Shown: positions 31,497 to 42,629, numbered from the stretch's first letter. The stretch is 64,000 nt of DNA from Candidatus Krumholzibacteriota bacterium (GCA_963806035.1 CAWDWO010000032.1:33243-97242); one strand, 5' to 3'. Numbers and translations: made by a program. Notes: generated by a model from the letters alone, not told the origin.

Positions 31497-32084
31497 CTAG
31501 CTCGCCCCTTCCTCTTCGGCGGCTTCCTCGGACTCCGCTTCGAACTCCGCTTCCAGCTCGGGGCGGAAGTAGCGCTCGAATTCGCGCTCGAAGGCCAGCT
31601 CGTGGCGGTTTTCGATGCGGTCCAAAAAGAGCACGCCGTCCAGGTGGTCGCACTCGTGCTGGATCACGATGGCGGCGAAGCCGCTCAGTTCCAGCTCGAG
31701 CTTCTTGCCGCTGCGGTCCAGCGCCAAAAGCCGTACCCGGTTGGGGCGGCTCACTTTGCCGCGCAGGCCGGGCACGCTGAGGCAGCCCTCCCACATCGAA
31801 GAGCGCTCCTTGGTGAGGGCGGTGATGCGCGGGTTGATGAGCACGGTGAGCGGCTCCTCACCCTCGTTCGCGATGCCGGCATCCTCGTGCAGCACGACCA
31901 CGCGCACACTCTGGTGCACCTGCGGCGCGGCCAGTCCCACCCCATCGTACTCGTGCATGGTGAGGATCATGCTGTCCAGAAAGTCCTGGAACTCGGGCTC
32001 GGCGATGCGCGCGGGCGCGACTTCCTCGGCCTTTTGGCGCAGGATCGGGTTGCCCATGCGCGCCACGTTCAAGAGCTGTTTCAT
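31497..32084 (-). CDS. def: Peptide deformylase
   Basis: GVGLAAPQ, EGCLSVP and QHECDHLDG. Confidence 0.95.
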   Translation of the reverse strand: MKQLLNVARMGNPILRQKAEEVAPARIAEPEFQDFLDSMILTMHEYDGVGLAAPQVHQSVRVVVLHEDAGIANEGEEPLTVLINPRITALTKERSSMWEGCLSVPGLRGKVSRPNRVRLLALDRSGKKLELELSGFAAIVIQHECDHLDGVLFLDRIENRHELAFEREFERYFRPELEAEFEAESEEAAEEEGAS

Positions 32085-32155
32085 GCTGGTTTCCTCGGCT
32101 GTTTTCCCACGCGGCATCTCAGCCCGTTTCCAAGCCAGTCTCTCAGCCCGGTCCC

Positions 32156-32386
32156 TCAGCCATCCTGTCCGATGGCCTCGACGGGGCACTCCTCCAGGGC
32201 CTCCTGGCACTGCTCGAGCTCCTCTTTGGTCTCGGGCTGCTTGTAGACATAACTATAGCCCTCGTCCTCGTTGCGCTCGAAATTCGCCGGCGCCGTCTGA
32301 CGGCACAGATCACAATCGATGCACTGCGAGTCGACGTAGTAGGGGCCGGGAACGTTGCTCGCGACCTTGTCGGTGGAATCGGCCAT
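32156..32386 (-). CDS. Ferredoxin (single cluster)
   Basis: CIDCDLC...CP motif in 76 acidic residues. Confidence 0.9.
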   Translation of the reverse strand: MADSTDKVASNVPGPYYVDSQCIDCDLCRQTAPANFERNEDEGYSYVYKQPETKEELEQCQEALEECPVEAIGQDG

Positions 32387-32665
32387 GAAACCGCCTCAGG
32401 ACATCGGCGCCGGCGCGGGGCGCCGGCTTGGGAATTGGCCCGGATGGCTGTCCGGGAGTGCGTTTTGGGAGCGAGCCGCCGCCTGGGGGAAGAAATCGAA
32501 GGCTCGGCGCGACGATAGGGGCCGCGCGGAAGTCTCGCAAGCCGCGATCCAATCGCGGGCGCCCGGGAGCAAGTTTCCCGCGCCGGTGGCGGGAAATTTG
32601 GCTGGGGCAAGGGCCTTGCTTACTTTAGCTGGCAATCCTGGGGCTTTCACCACGAAAGGTGTACC

Positions 32666-33281
32666 ATGCATTCCTCCCGCTGGATTCGACTTTTCGCGCC
32701 GATCTCGCTGCTGGTCCTGCTCCTGTCGAGTGGCTGTGGACGGGGCGATTCCTCGGCCCAAAGTGGCAGCGCCCAGAGTGCGGATGCCCAGAGCGCCGGC
32801 AGCCAGAGTGCCGGAACCCAGAGTGTGGATGCCCAGAATGGTGGCGCCCCGGACGCCGGCGCCGTGAACGCGCAGGCTCCCAACGTTGCTGCCGAGACCT
32901 GCCGCCGATGAACCGCCGCCCCCGCCCGACGCGGAGGCGCCGGAGATCGTGCTCGCCCACGGCGCGCCGATCGACCTCAACGAGCACCTGGTCGCGGGCC
33001 AGATCAACATCATCGATTTTTACAGCCAGTTCTGCGGACCATGTATACAGATTGCGCCTTATTTGCGCCGTCTGGACCAGCAGCGCGACGATCTCACGGT
33101 GATCAAGGTCGACATCAACCGGCCCGGGGTCACCGGCATCGACTGGGGCTCGCCGGTGGCACGGCAGTTCAAGCTGCACAGCGTGCCCCACTTCCGTGTC
33201 TACGACGCCCAGGGGCGCTTGTTGGCCGATGGCCGGCCGGCCTACCAGATGGTGATCGACTACCTGCAGGGGAAGTCCTGA
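32666..33281 (+). CDS. Thioredoxin-fold lipoprotein; frameshift near 32895
   Basis: LSSGC lipobox and low-complexity linker (15-bp repeats) in frame 32666; DFYSQFCGPC thioredoxin domain in frame 32886. Confidence 0.75.
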
Positions 33282-33412
33282 GGGGCACGGCCTGGCGCGC
33301 GCTCTGGGGTGGGGAAGACGGGACGGGACGGTGCTGGGAATAAGCCTCTAAGCCCTTACTCCACAGTAAATTAAGGACGAATTTCCCTTGGCGAATTCGG
33401 CCCCTCCGCCTT

Positions 33413-33437
33413 ATACTTGACAAAAGAGTAGAGTTTT
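33413..33437 (+). promoter_or_regulatory. Promoter with Rrf2/IscR-like operator
   Basis: ATACTTGACAAAAGAGTAGAGTTT contains a perfect TTGACA and resembles the IscR type-1 box; lies upstream of rrf2-suf. Confidence 0.55.
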
Positions 33438-33494
33438 GTACTTTTGCCTCGCTCCGGGCTGAACCGGATGCGCAATGCGACGGGATGCTGGCTC

Positions 33495-33983
33495 ATGAAG
33501 ATCTCCTCACAGGAAGAATACGGCCTGCGCTGCATTCTCCAGCTGGCGCGCCCTCCTCTGGGTCCGCGCAGCCTGAACGAGATCGCCAAGGAAGAGGCTC
33601 TCACGCCCTCCTATGCGGCCAAGCTCCTGGCTCATTTACGCGATCGCGGTTTGGTGGAGGCAGTCCGGGGAAGAAGTGGGGGGTACGTTCTCAAACGGCC
33701 CCCCGCCGAGATCTCCGTGCAGGAAGTTCTGTCGGCGTTCTCCGGGCAGCTCTTCGAGGGCAGTTTTTGCGAAGACCACAACGGCAAGGGCGAGGCGTGT
33801 GTGCACGCGGGATCGCAGTGCAACATCCGCTCGCTCTGGAGTGTGCTCGACGGTCTGCTCTCCACGGTGCTCTCGGGAACCACGCTGGCCGACCTGCTGT
33901 GCTTCGGCCGCGTGCAGGAGCGTTTCGAGGAACCGCGGCGCCTCATTCTGAAAAGTTTCGCAGAGGAAATGACCCCGCGCTGA
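33495..33983 (+). CDS. Rrf2 family transcriptional regulator (IscR-like)
   Basis: MKIS..EEYGLR, RGRSGGY.L, and three Cys in the C-terminal region (FC..H....C......C). Confidence 0.9.
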   Translation: MKISSQEEYGLRCILQLARPPLGPRSLNEIAKEEALTPSYAAKLLAHLRDRGLVEAVRGRSGGYVLKRPPAEISVQEVLSAFSGQLFEGSFCEDHNGKGEACVHAGSQCNIRSLWSVLDGLLSTVLSGTTLADLLCFGRVQERFEEPRRLILKSFAEEMTPR

Positions 33984-34037
33984 GCGATGTGAAAGCCGGG
34001 TCGAATTCGTTCCCGTGCTCAAACGGGCAGGAGTTGG

Positions 34038-34814
34038 ATGATGAACGAGCGCAAGATTTTGCTGGAGATCAAGGACCTTCACGTGTCCATCGAGGGCAAG
34101 GAAATCGTGAAAGGTCTCAATCTCACCCTGCACGCGGGGGAGAAGGTCGCGGTGATGGGTCCCAACGGGAGCGGCAAGAGCACTTTGACCAACGCGGTGA
34201 TGGGCCATCCCTCCTATACCGTCACCGGCGGCAGCGTCAAACTTCAGGGCGAGGAAATCCTCGAGTTGCCGGCCGACGAACGCGCCCGGCGCGGGCTCTT
34301 TCTCGCCTTCCAGTATCCCTCCGCGATTCCCGGAGTGAGCGTGGCCAATTTTCTACGCTCGGCGGTGAACGCGCGGCGCGGTGAAGAGGTGCCCGTTCGC
34401 GAATTTCGCCAGCAACTCATGAAGCAGTTCGAGTTGCTGGAGATTCCGCGCGACTTCGCCGGCCGTTACGTCAACGACGGATTCAGCGGGGGAGAAAAGA
34501 AACGCCTGGAGATTCTACAAATGGCCATGCTGCAGCCCAGCGTCGCCATGCTGGACGAGACTGACAGCGGGCTGGACATCGATGCACTGAAACTCGTGAG
34601 CGATGGCATCAACCGAGTTTGCGGGGAAGACACCGGTGTGCTTCTGGTGACCCACTACCAGCGCATCCTCAACTACGTCAAGCCGCACACGGTGCACGTC
34701 TACATGGACGGCCGCATCGTGCGCAGCGGTGGTCCCGAGTTCGGCAACGAGCTCGAGGAGAAGGGCTACGAGTGGATCGAGAAGGAAGTGTTCGCCGGGA
34801 CGAAGGGGGCTTGA
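34038..34814 (+). CDS. sufC: Fe-S cluster assembly ATPase SufC
   Basis: [24 protein letters not shown] and [12 protein letters not shown]. Confidence 0.95.
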   Translation: MMNERKILLEIKDLHVSIEGKEIVKGLNLTLHAGEKVAVMGPNGSGKSTLTNAVMGHPSYTVTGGSVKLQGEEILELPADERARRGLFLAFQYPSAIPGVSVANFLRSAVNARRGEEVPVREFRQQLMKQFELLEIPRDFAGRYVNDGFSGGEKKRLEILQMAMLQPSVAMLDETDSGLDIDALKLVSDGINRVCGEDTGVLLVTHYQRILNYVKPHTVHVYMDGRIVRSGGPEFGNELEEKGYEWIEKEVFAGTKGA

Positions 34815-34816
34815 CC

Positions 34817-36244
34817 ATGGAAACGCCAACTGCCAAGGCACGGGGCGCCGGAATTCGCGACGACTACGCGGAAAAGTACGGATTTCACGATCCCGAGGAA
34901 TATTTTCACAAGGGCGCGCGCGGCCTGAGCCACGAAGTGGTGGAGATGATGAGCCGCATGAAGGAAGAGCCGGAATGGATGCGCCAGTTCCGCCACAACG
35001 CGCTGGACGTCTATTTGGCCAAGCCCATGCCCACCTGGGGCAACACCAGCGAGCTGGGCGCGATCGATTTCGAGAACATCTACTACTACATCAAGCCCAT
35101 GGCGATGCAGGGCAAGACCTGGGACGATGTTCCGGCCAACATCAAGAAGACTTTCGACCGCCTGGGCATTCCCGAAGCCGAGCGCAAGTTCCTGGCCGGA
35201 GTGAGCGCGCAGTACGAGAGCGAGGTCGTCTATCATTCGGTGAAGAAGGAGCTCGAGGAACAGGGCATCCACTTCTTCGGGATGGACGAGGGGCTCAAGC
35301 GCTACCCGGAGATCGTGAAGAAATACTTCGCGACGGTGATTCCGCCCGAGGACAACAAGTTCGCGGCCCTGAACTCCGCGGTGTGGTCCGGCGGCAGCTT
35401 CATCTACGTGCCGCCCGGCGTCGAGGTGGACATTCCCCTGCAGGCGTACTTTCGCATCAATGCCGAGAACGCGGGGCAGTTCGAACGCACGCTCATCATC
35501 GCCGACAAGGGCAGCCGGGTGCACTACATCGAAGGGTGTACCGCGCCCAACTACAGCACCGATTCGCTGCACTCCGCGGTGGTCGAGCTCATCGCGCACG
35601 AAGACGCCTACATCCGCTACACCACCATCCAGAACTGGTCGAACAACATCTACAATCTGGTCACCAAGCGCGCGGTGGCGCACAAGAACGCCACGGTGGA
35701 ATGGGTGGACGGCAACATCGGCAGCAAGCTCACCATGAAGTTCCCCTGCATCTATCTGATGGGGGAAGGGGCGAAGGGCGAGATCCTCTCGGTCGCCTTC
35801 GCGGGTGAGGGACAGCACCAGGACGCGGGCAGCAAGGTCATCCACGCCGCGCCGCGCACCACCTCGACCGTCACCTCCAAATCGATTTCCAAGGACGGCG
35901 GCCGCTCGAGTTATCGCGGGCTGGTGAAAGTCCTGCCCGGCGCCACCGACTGCAAGGTCTCGGTCGAGTGCGACGCGCTGCTCCTGGACGAGGACAGCCG
36001 CAGCGACACCTATCCCACCATGGAAGTGCGCGGTGAACGCGTGCAGGTGGAACACGAGGCACGGGTATCCAAGGTGGGCGAGGAGCAGCTCTTCTACCTC
36101 ATGAGTCGCGGGATCAGCGCGCAGGAAGCGCGCCTCTTGATCGTCAACGGCTTCATCGAGCCCTTCACGAAGGAGCTGCCCATGGAGTACGCGGTCGAAT
36201 TGAACCGTTTGATCGAAATGGAAATGGAAGGATCGGTGGGCTGA
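34817..36244 (+). CDS. sufB: Fe-S cluster assembly protein SufB
   Basis: [38 protein letters not shown]-terminal MEGSVG. Confidence 0.96.
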   Translation: METPTAKARGAGIRDDYAEKYGFHDPEEYFHKGARGLSHEVVEMMSRMKEEPEWMRQFRHNALDVYLAKPMPTWGNTSELGAIDFENIYYYIKPMAMQGKTWDDVPANIKKTFDRLGIPEAERKFLAGVSAQYESEVVYHSVKKELEEQGIHFFGMDEGLKRYPEIVKKYFATVIPPEDNKFAALNSAVWSGGSFIYVPPGVEVDIPLQAYFRINAENAGQFERTLIIADKGSRVHYIEGCTAPNYSTDSLHSAVVELIAHEDAYIRYTTIQNWSNNIYNLVTKRAVAHKNATVEWVDGNIGSKLTMKFPCIYLMGEGAKGEILSVAFAGEGQHQDAGSKVIHAAPRTTSTVTSKSISKDGGRSSYRGLVKVLPGATDCKVSVECDALLLDEDSRSDTYPTMEVRGERVQVEHEARVSKVGEEQLFYLMSRGISAQEARLLIVNGFIEPFTKELPMEYAVELNRLIEMEMEGSVG

Positions 36245-36249
36245 GCCGG

Positions 36250-36289
36250 GACTCTCGCGGTTGAACCAGGACTCCTGCGGTTGAACCCA
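36250..36289. repeat. 20-bp imperfect tandem repeat between sufB and sufD
   Basis: gactctcgcggttgaaccag / gactcctgcggttgaaccca. Confidence 0.6.
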
Positions 36290-36351
36290 GCTACTCTGAG
36301 TCGTCGAGCCAGCGCCCGCCACACTCCCGAGGAATTTCAAGTAGGAAGACC

Positions 36352-37674
36352 ATGCCACAGTCTCTCGTCAAGCCCATCTGCAATCGCGAGGAGCTCGAAG
36401 AGTTCTCGCGGCTCCGTGAGGAACCCGCCTGGCTCCTCACGCAGAGAAGTTCCGCGCTGCAGCGTTTTCTCCAGGGACCCGCCCCCGATCGCGCGGCGCA
36501 TCTCTGGCGCTACAGCGACCCCGCGCAATTCGAGCCGGCCGCGCCCTTGTGGGGCGGGGTTGCCGGCTCGGAGTCGGCCAACGCTCCCGCTGCTCTGGAG
36601 TCAGCGCCCGCTAGTGCGAAGTCGGCCGCCGCTCCCGAGCTCAGCGCGGAGGCGCAAGAGAAGGGCGTCATCCTGCTCTCTTTGGCCGCGGCGGCGGCGC
36701 ATCCCGAATACGGACCGCTGGTGCAACAGCATCTGGGGGCGCTCGTCGGCGCCGAGTTCGGCCGCTTCGAGGCTTTGAACCAGGCGCTGTGGCGGCACGG
36801 ACTCTTTCTGCTCGTGCCCAAGGGAGTGCAGCTCGCGGAGGAGCTGAGCCTGGACTTCAGCAGCGCGCGCAGCGAGGCCTGCCGGCTTTTGGCCTTCATC
36901 GGCGAGAGGGCGGAGGTGACCCTGGTCGAACGGCATCACGACGCGATGTCTACGACTGCGGCCGGACTCGAGGGCGCAACGCGCGGCGGCGACGCCGCCC
37001 ACCAGCTCTACGGTGTCAGCGAGATCTTCGCCGGCGCCGCGTCGCGGCTCACCCACCTCTTGGTGCAGACCATGAACCAGGGGACCGTCGCGCATCTCAC
37101 CCAGCGCATCCGCCTCGCCAAGGATGCCCATGCCCTGTCCTCGATCTTGAGTTTGGGCGCCAAGTCCATGAAGCTGGACACCGGGACTCTACTGGCCGGC
37201 GAGGGCAGCGAAGTGGAAACCATCGGTTTGCTCTATGGTCGCGGCCGCCAGGCTTTCGATCATCACACGGTGCACCATCACAGCGCGCCGCACACCAACA
37301 GCAATCTGGACTTCAAGGCGGTGGTGACCGGACGCGCGCGCAGCGCCTACACCGGCAACATCACCATCGAAAAGGAGGCGCCCTTCAGCAGCGCCTACCA
37401 GCAGAACAACAATCTTTTGCTGAGCGAGAAGGCGCGCGCGGAGAGCATTCCCGAGCTGGAGATCAAGATCGACGAAGTGCAGTGCAGCCACGGGGCCACC
37501 GTGGGACAAATCGATCCCGACGAACTCTTCTATCTCATGAGCCGCGGGATCCCCGAGAAAGAGGCCGTCCGCCAGATCGTGCGCGGCTTTTTGGAGGCCA
37601 TTCTCCAGCGAGTGCCCGAGAAGCTTCAGGATCCGCTGCGCGATGAACTGGACTCACGTCTTCAGGAGATTTGA
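36352..37674 (+). CDS. sufD: Fe-S cluster assembly protein SufD
   Basis: WRYS, NLLLS..ARA.SIPELEI..DEVQCSHGATVG and LFYLMSRGI. Confidence 0.92.
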   Translation: MPQSLVKPICNREELEEFSRLREEPAWLLTQRSSALQRFLQGPAPDRAAHLWRYSDPAQFEPAAPLWGGVAGSESANAPAALESAPASAKSAAAPELSAEAQEKGVILLSLAAAAAHPEYGPLVQQHLGALVGAEFGRFEALNQALWRHGLFLLVPKGVQLAEELSLDFSSARSEACRLLAFIGERAEVTLVERHHDAMSTTAAGLEGATRGGDAAHQLYGVSEIFAGAASRLTHLLVQTMNQGTVAHLTQRIRLAKDAHALSSILSLGAKSMKLDTGTLLAGEGSEVETIGLLYGRGRQAFDHHTVHHHSAPHTNSNLDFKAVVTGRARSAYTGNITIEKEAPFSSAYQQNNNLLLSEKARAESIPELEIKIDEVQCSHGATVGQIDPDELFYLMSRGIPEKEAVRQIVRGFLEAILQRVPEKLQDPLRDELDSRLQEI

Positions 37675-37675
37675 G

Positions 37676-37996
37676 ATGGCAGAAGAGTTCGTACGCGTCG
37701 CCAAAGCCGACGAAATCAAAGACGGTCAGACCCGCTCCTTCGATCTGGGAGATCTGCGCGTGGCCCTGTGTCGGGTGGGCGAGGAGTATTTCGCCATCGA
37801 AGATGTCTGCACCCACGACGGCGCACCTCTGGGAGAGGGTTGCCTGAAGGGTTTTGAAATCGAATGTCCCCGCCACGGCGCTCGCTTCGACGTGCGCGAT
37901 GGCCACGTCACCAGGATGCCCGCCGCCGCCGCCGTCGACAGCTTCACGGTCAAGGTCGAGGACGGCGAGGTCTTCGTGAAAATCGAGGATGATTGA
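37676..37996 (+). CDS. Rieske-type [2Fe-2S] ferredoxin
   Basis: CTHD...L..G and ECPRHGARFD. Confidence 0.92.
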   Translation: MAEEFVRVAKADEIKDGQTRSFDLGDLRVALCRVGEEYFAIEDVCTHDGAPLGEGCLKGFEIECPRHGARFDVRDGHVTRMPAAAAVDSFTVKVEDGEVFVKIEDD

Positions 37997-39267
37997 TGAT
38001 GCCGAAGTCCTCCCTCGCAGCGAGCGCACAACAGGCACCCTTGAATGTCGCACGCATCCGCGAGGACTTCCCGATTCTCTCGCGGAAGGTCAACGGACAG
38101 CGTCTGGTCTACCTGGATAGCGCCGCCACCACCCAGAAACCCAAGAGCGTCCTGGACGCGCTGCAGCATTACTACACGCACAGCAACGCGAACGTGCACC
38201 GCGCCATCCACACTCTCGGCGAAGAGGCCACTCAGGCCTACGAGGGGGTGCGCGACCAGGTCGCCAAGCTAATGGGGGGAGTGCCGCGCAGCGGTGTGGT
38301 GTTCACGCGCAATGCGACCGAGTCGCTGAACTTGATGGCCTACTCGTGGGCGCGCCCGCGACTGGCGAAGGGCGACGAGATTCTCATCAGCGAGATGGAG
38401 CACCATAGCAATCTCATTCCCTGGATCGAAGCGGCGCGGGTGACCGGCGCCACCTTGCGCGCGATTCCCATCACCCCCGAGGGAGTCCTGGATTTTCAGG
38501 CCTTCGGCAATCTCTTGAATCACCGCACCAAGGTGCTGGCGATCTCGCACAAATCGAACGTGCTGGGCACGGTGAATCCCATCAAGGAGATGGCGGAGGC
38601 GGCGCACGAGGCGGGCGCGATCGTGGTGGTGGACGGCGCGCAGGCCGTTCCGCACCTGGCGGTCGATCTCAACGAGCTGGGAGTCGACGCCTACGCATTC
38701 AGCGCGCACAAGATGCTGGGACCCACCGGGGTGGGCGTGTTGTGGGCGCGGCCGGATTTGCTGCAGGAGATGGACCCCTTCCTGGGCGGCGGCGAGATGA
38801 TCCGCGAGGTCTATTTGGACAAGGCCAGCTACAACGATCTGCCCTGGAAGTTCGAAGCGGGCACGCCCAACATCGCCGGCGTGGTCGCCTTCGGGGCCGC
38901 CATCGATTACCTCGAGCAACTGGGATTCGACAAGCTGGCGCAGCACGAGGCGATGCTCACTCTCTACGCGCGCGAGAAGTTGCAGGAGATGGGCGGCTTT
39001 CGTCTCTTCGGTCCCTCCGATGTGTCGCGCGGCGCGGGCGTGGTGACCTTCCACGACAAGAACGTGCACCCGCACGATCTCTCGACCATCGTCGACACTC
39101 ATGGCGTGGCGATTCGCGCCGGACATCACTGCGCGCAGCCCCTGATGCGGCGTCTGGGCGTGGTTGCGACCGCGCGCGCGTCCTTTCATTGTTATAATGA
39201 CCGCGACGACGTGGATGCCCTCGTCGCCGCCTTGCACGAATGCCGGAAGTATTTTGGTCATGAATGA
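37996..39267 (+). CDS. sufS: Cysteine desulfurase SufS
   Basis: YLDSAATTQKP, EHHSN, FSAHKM and RAGHHCA. Confidence 0.95.
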   Translation: MMPKSSLAASAQQAPLNVARIREDFPILSRKVNGQRLVYLDSAATTQKPKSVLDALQHYYTHSNANVHRAIHTLGEEATQAYEGVRDQVAKLMGGVPRSGVVFTRNATESLNLMAYSWARPRLAKGDEILISEMEHHSNLIPWIEAARVTGATLRAIPITPEGVLDFQAFGNLLNHRTKVLAISHKSNVLGTVNPIKEMAEAAHEAGAIVVVDGAQAVPHLAVDLNELGVDAYAFSAHKMLGPTGVGVLWARPDLLQEMDPFLGGGEMIREVYLDKASYNDLPWKFEAGTPNIAGVVAFGAAIDYLEQLGFDKLAQHEAMLTLYAREKLQEMGGFRLFGPSDVSRGAGVVTFHDKNVHPHDLSTIVDTHGVAIRAGHHCAQPLMRRLGVVATARASFHCYNDRDDVDALVAALHECRKYFGHE

Positions 39268-39787
39268 TGCGTTGGATGGAATGTACCGGGAAGTGGTGCT
39301 CGACCACTACAAGAACCCGCGCGGACACTGTCCCCTGGACCGCTACGACGTCCAGAACGAAGGCTTCAATCCCGTATGCGGCGACGAGGTGAAGGTCGGT
39401 CTGCGGATCGTGGATGGCCGGATCGTGGGAGTGCACAGCCTGGGACGCGGCTGTTCCATCAGCGTTTCTTCGGGTTCGATGCTGGCCGAGATCCTGCGCG
39501 GAAAGACCCTGCAGGAGGCGCGCGATCTGGCGCAGCACTTCAAGCGCATGATGCACGGCGAGATCCGTCCCGAAGACTACGAGCTGGGCGATCTGGAGGC
39601 GCTGGAAGGGGTGCAGAAGTTTCCGGTGCGAATCAAGTGCGCGCTCTTGCCGTGGACGACTCTGCTCGACGCCATCGACGCCTACGAACACGGCGAGCAC
39701 GCCAAGCCCTCCACCACCGAAGATCCACAGTTCGGTTCGCGTCCCAACATGGTCAAGGACGAGCAAGACGAAAAGAGGCCGGTGTGA
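39260..39787 (+). CDS. sufU: SufU/NifU-like sulfur transfer protein
   Basis: LDHYKNPR, NPVCGD, GCSIS and RIKCALLPW. Confidence 0.93.
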   Translation: MNDALDGMYREVVLDHYKNPRGHCPLDRYDVQNEGFNPVCGDEVKVGLRIVDGRIVGVHSLGRGCSISVSSGSMLAEILRGKTLQEARDLAQHFKRMMHGEIRPEDYELGDLEALEGVQKFPVRIKCALLPWTTLLDAIDAYEHGEHAKPSTTEDPQFGSRPNMVKDEQDEKRPV

Positions 39788-40110
39788 ACGAGACACGCGA
39801 CATCGATTTCGACGAAGTTAAGACCCAACTGTTGCCGGTGAAGGATCCCGAGATCGGTCTGAGCATCGTGGACCTGGGCCTCATCTACGGGCACGAGTGG
39901 GATCCGCAGGAGCACAAGCTCAAAGTCATCATGACTCTCACCAGCCAGATGTGTCCCATGGGACCGGAGATCATCTCGGGGGTGCAGATGATGGCCTCGC
40001 AGATTCCCGACGTGCGCCAGGTCGAGGTCGAATTGGTGTGGAATCCGCCGTGGGATCCCAAGACCCACTGCAACGAGGACGCGAAGGCATTCTTGGGAAT
40101 CTGGGACTAG
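39784..40110 (+). CDS. DUF59 (SufT/PaaD-like) metal-sulfur cluster biosynthesis protein
   Basis: DPEIGLSIVDLGLIY, TLTS..CP and VWNPPW. Confidence 0.9.
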   Translation: MNETRDIDFDEVKTQLLPVKDPEIGLSIVDLGLIYGHEWDPQEHKLKVIMTLTSQMCPMGPEIISGVQMMASQIPDVRQVEVELVWNPPWDPKTHCNEDAKAFLGIWD

Positions 40111-40166
40111 GCGCGAGTTCGTAGCGCCGGCGCGAGGCCGGCGATGACGACTTGCTGCAGCGGGCT

Positions 40167-41789
40167 CTAGGCTTTTCTCCGCAACAAAATCAGCGTGATG
40201 TCGTCCGAGGCGTGTCGTCCGGCCAAGTAGTCGGTGACTTTCTGCAAGATTGCGTCCCGGATTTCCGGAAGCGGCGCCGCGCGCATCTCCTTCAAAATTT
40301 TCGTCACCGGATCCAGCCCCATGAGGTTCTCGCCGTCGCGGGTGGCCTCGGGGATTCCGTCGCTGAAGATGGCCATGAGGTCGCCCGGCTCGAACTGCAT
40401 CTGTTGCTTCTTCACCTGGTTCATCGGCAACAGTCCCATGGGTTGACCGGCCGAGGGGCACTCGTCGATCGTGCCGTCGCCGCGGGCGATCAACGGCGGT
40501 TCGTGGCCCGCGTTGAGGTACTCGAGGATTCCGCTCTTGGGATCGAGATCGCCGGCGAAGAGGGTGACGAACTGTTCGGCGGAGAGACTGTCGAAGAGTT
40601 TGCGGTGCAGGACGTCGCCCAGCTGCTCGAGATCGTCCAAGATCTCGGCCAGCGCGTCGAGCAACACCATGCAGGCGGACATGGCCAGGGCGGCCGGGGT
40701 CCCCTTGCCGGTGACGTCTCCCAGGGCGACGAGGGTGCGCCCGTCCTTGCGCGGCAAAAAATTGTAGAGATCGCCCCCCACTCCACGGCACATGTCCAGA
40801 TGCGCGAAGAGTTCGAAGCCCTCGAGCTCGGGGAGTTCTTCGGGGAGCATTGCGATTTGGATGCGCGCCGCGGTGCGGATTTCCTTTTCGAGACTCTGAT
40901 TGCGCATCTTCACCGCGACCGCGTTGGCGGTGGCACTGAGAACTTGCAGCTCGTCCTCGCCGTAGCGAATCCCGCTGCGCGCGGAGTCGACGTAGAGAAT
41001 GCCGCGCACTCTCTGGTTGTCGAAGAGAGGGGCCGCCATCGCGCTGCGCAGGTTCAGGGCCACCATGCTCTCGCTGGCCTTGAACGCTCCTCCGGCCGAG
41101 GCGTCGCTCACCAAAACCGCGGCACGATCGTGCAGAACTTTGTCGACCAGGGTGCTGGAGAGGCGCAGTCGCTCGGAACTTTCCTCACCGCGAGTCCACC
41201 CCGCGGTGGGCTCGGGCATCGTACCTTCCCCGGAATCTTCCAGAAGGACGACGCGGTCGGCGTCCACCCAGCGGCTCACGAAGTGACAGGCGCGGGTGGC
41301 CATCTCCTGGTCGGATTCCTCGCTGGCGATGAGTTCGAAGAGACTGCCGAGCATCTGGGTGATGCGACTCTGCGCTTTTTCACTGAAGTCCTGCTGACCC
41401 ATCTGGAAGAGCGAACGCGTCATCAGGCTCTGATCGGTGCTCAGATGGTGGACGATCGACTCACCGGTCTGCGTGTCGACCCCGGCGTCGCCGCCCGAGT
41501 TCTCCTCGCGCCACAGGGGAACGCCGGCGAAGCGCACGGTGCGTCCGTTGGGGAGCTCCACCTCACCCTGGGCGGGAGTGAGGGTGGAACCGTCGATGTC
41601 GGTGCCGTTGGTCGATCCCAGGTCCTCCACGAAGACTTTCTCCCCCTCGATGCGCAGACGGGCGTGGTGTCCGCTCACGGTGCGCACGGGGATCTGCAGG
41701 TCGGTGTCGGGGCCACGGCCCACGAGGTAGGAGCCCTCCTCGAGATCGGCGTGGTGGATCTGGCCCTCGTAGGTCAGCACGAATCGCAT
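40167..41789 (-). CDS. FHA + GAF + SpoIIE (PP2C) serine phosphatase, RsbU-like
   Basis: FHA (VGR...VSGHHA...EDLGSTNGT); GAF (RSAMAAPL..GILYVD); PP2C (VGGDLY, GDVTGKG, NAGH, SDGI.E, DDIT). Confidence 0.92.
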   Translation of the reverse strand: MRFVLTYEGQIHHADLEEGSYLVGRGPDTDLQIPVRTVSGHHARLRIEGEKVFVEDLGSTNGTDIDGSTLTPAQGEVELPNGRTVRFAGVPLWREENSGGDAGVDTQTGESIVHHLSTDQSLMTRSLFQMGQQDFSEKAQSRITQMLGSLFELIASEESDQEMATRACHFVSRWVDADRVVLLEDSGEGTMPEPTAGWTRGEESSERLRLSSTLVDKVLHDRAAVLVSDASAGGAFKASESMVALNLRSAMAAPLFDNQRVRGILYVDSARSGIRYGEDELQVLSATANAVAVKMRNQSLEKEIRTAARIQIAMLPEELPELEGFELFAHLDMCRGVGGDLYNFLPRKDGRTLVALGDVTGKGTPAALAMSACMVLLDALAEILDDLEQLGDVLHRKLFDSLSAEQFVTLFAGDLDPKSGILEYLNAGHEPPLIARGDGTIDECPSAGQPMGLLPMNQVKKQQMQFEPGDLMAIFSDGIPEATRDGENLMGLDPVTKILKEMRAAPLPEIRDAILQKVTDYLAGRHASDDITLILLRRKA

Positions 41790-41993
41790 GATGAGAGTCC
41801 TCTGGTCGGCGCGGATCAGCCCGGGGCGCAAAGGCGCAAAATGGAGTGAAAGTCGGAGAGAGAGTGTATCTCTTGCCGGCCTCAGGGACAACGGGCAGAG
41901 CGAATGTTCTTCTTGAAGTTGCAGGGGCGAAGGGTTCGTGTCTATCGTGGGCCAGAGAACTCTTCGGTAGCCGGCGGCAGACGGGAGACCGCG

Positions 41994-42629
41994 ATGCGAA
42001 TCCAGAGCCAGTGCTTTTGCTCCTCGAAGACTCGCGCGGGCGCGGTCGTTTTGACCTTCCTGTTTCTTTCGGTGGCAGCCTCGGGGGCGTGGGCCCAGAG
42101 CTCACCCGCCGATTCCACGGCCGGCCAGCCCGCCGTCCACCACCACATGAACGTCTCCAAGACCGGGCCGGGGCCCACGGGTGCGCTGGTGCAGCGCAGC
42201 GAGGCCATGAATGAGCGCCTCTACCAGCATTTGAAGGGCCTGTACATGAGCCCCTACTGCCCGGGCCTCACCCTGGGATCGTGCGGTTCGACGGGGGCCG
42301 AGCTCTTGCGGGCCGACCTGCGCGAGTGGGTCTTCGAGGGTCACAAGGAAGAGGACATCAACCGCTACATGATCGCCACCTTCGGCGACGAGATCATGGG
42401 ACGGCCGCCCTTCCGCGGGACCGCGATCCTGGTCTGGGTGGCTCCGGGATTGGCCGTGCTCTTGGGTCTTTGGCTGGCCATGGCCTGGATCCGCCGCAAT
42501 TCGCGCCGCAAGCTGGAATCGCGCACCGCGGCGGCGAGCGGCGAAGGGGCGAGTCCCGCGGCCGAGGACGCGTCGGATTCACAGCTGGCGGCGCGGGTCG
42601 AGGCCGAGATCCGCGCGCGCGAAGTTTGA
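41994..42629 (+). CDS. CcmH/CycL-like cytochrome c biogenesis protein
   Basis: Signal peptide, MSPYCPG..L..C.S, FGDEI..RPP..G...LVW..P, and a TM. Confidence 0.7.
   Translation: MRIQSQCFCSSKTRAGAVVLTFLFLSVAASGAWAQSSPADSTAGQPAVHHHMNVSKTGPGPTGALVQRSEAMNERLYQHLKGLYMSPYCPGLTLGSCGSTGAELLRADLREWVFEGHKEEDINRYMIATFGDEIMGRPPFRGTAILVWVAPGLAVLLGLWLAMAWIRRNSRRKLESRTAAASGEGASPAAEDASDSQLAARVEAEIRAREV

Noticed and set aside
32886..32911. Selenocysteine readthrough of the TGA in the thioredoxin gene
   Set aside because: The catalytic domain is in another frame and has a normal CGPC, so a frameshift explains the break.
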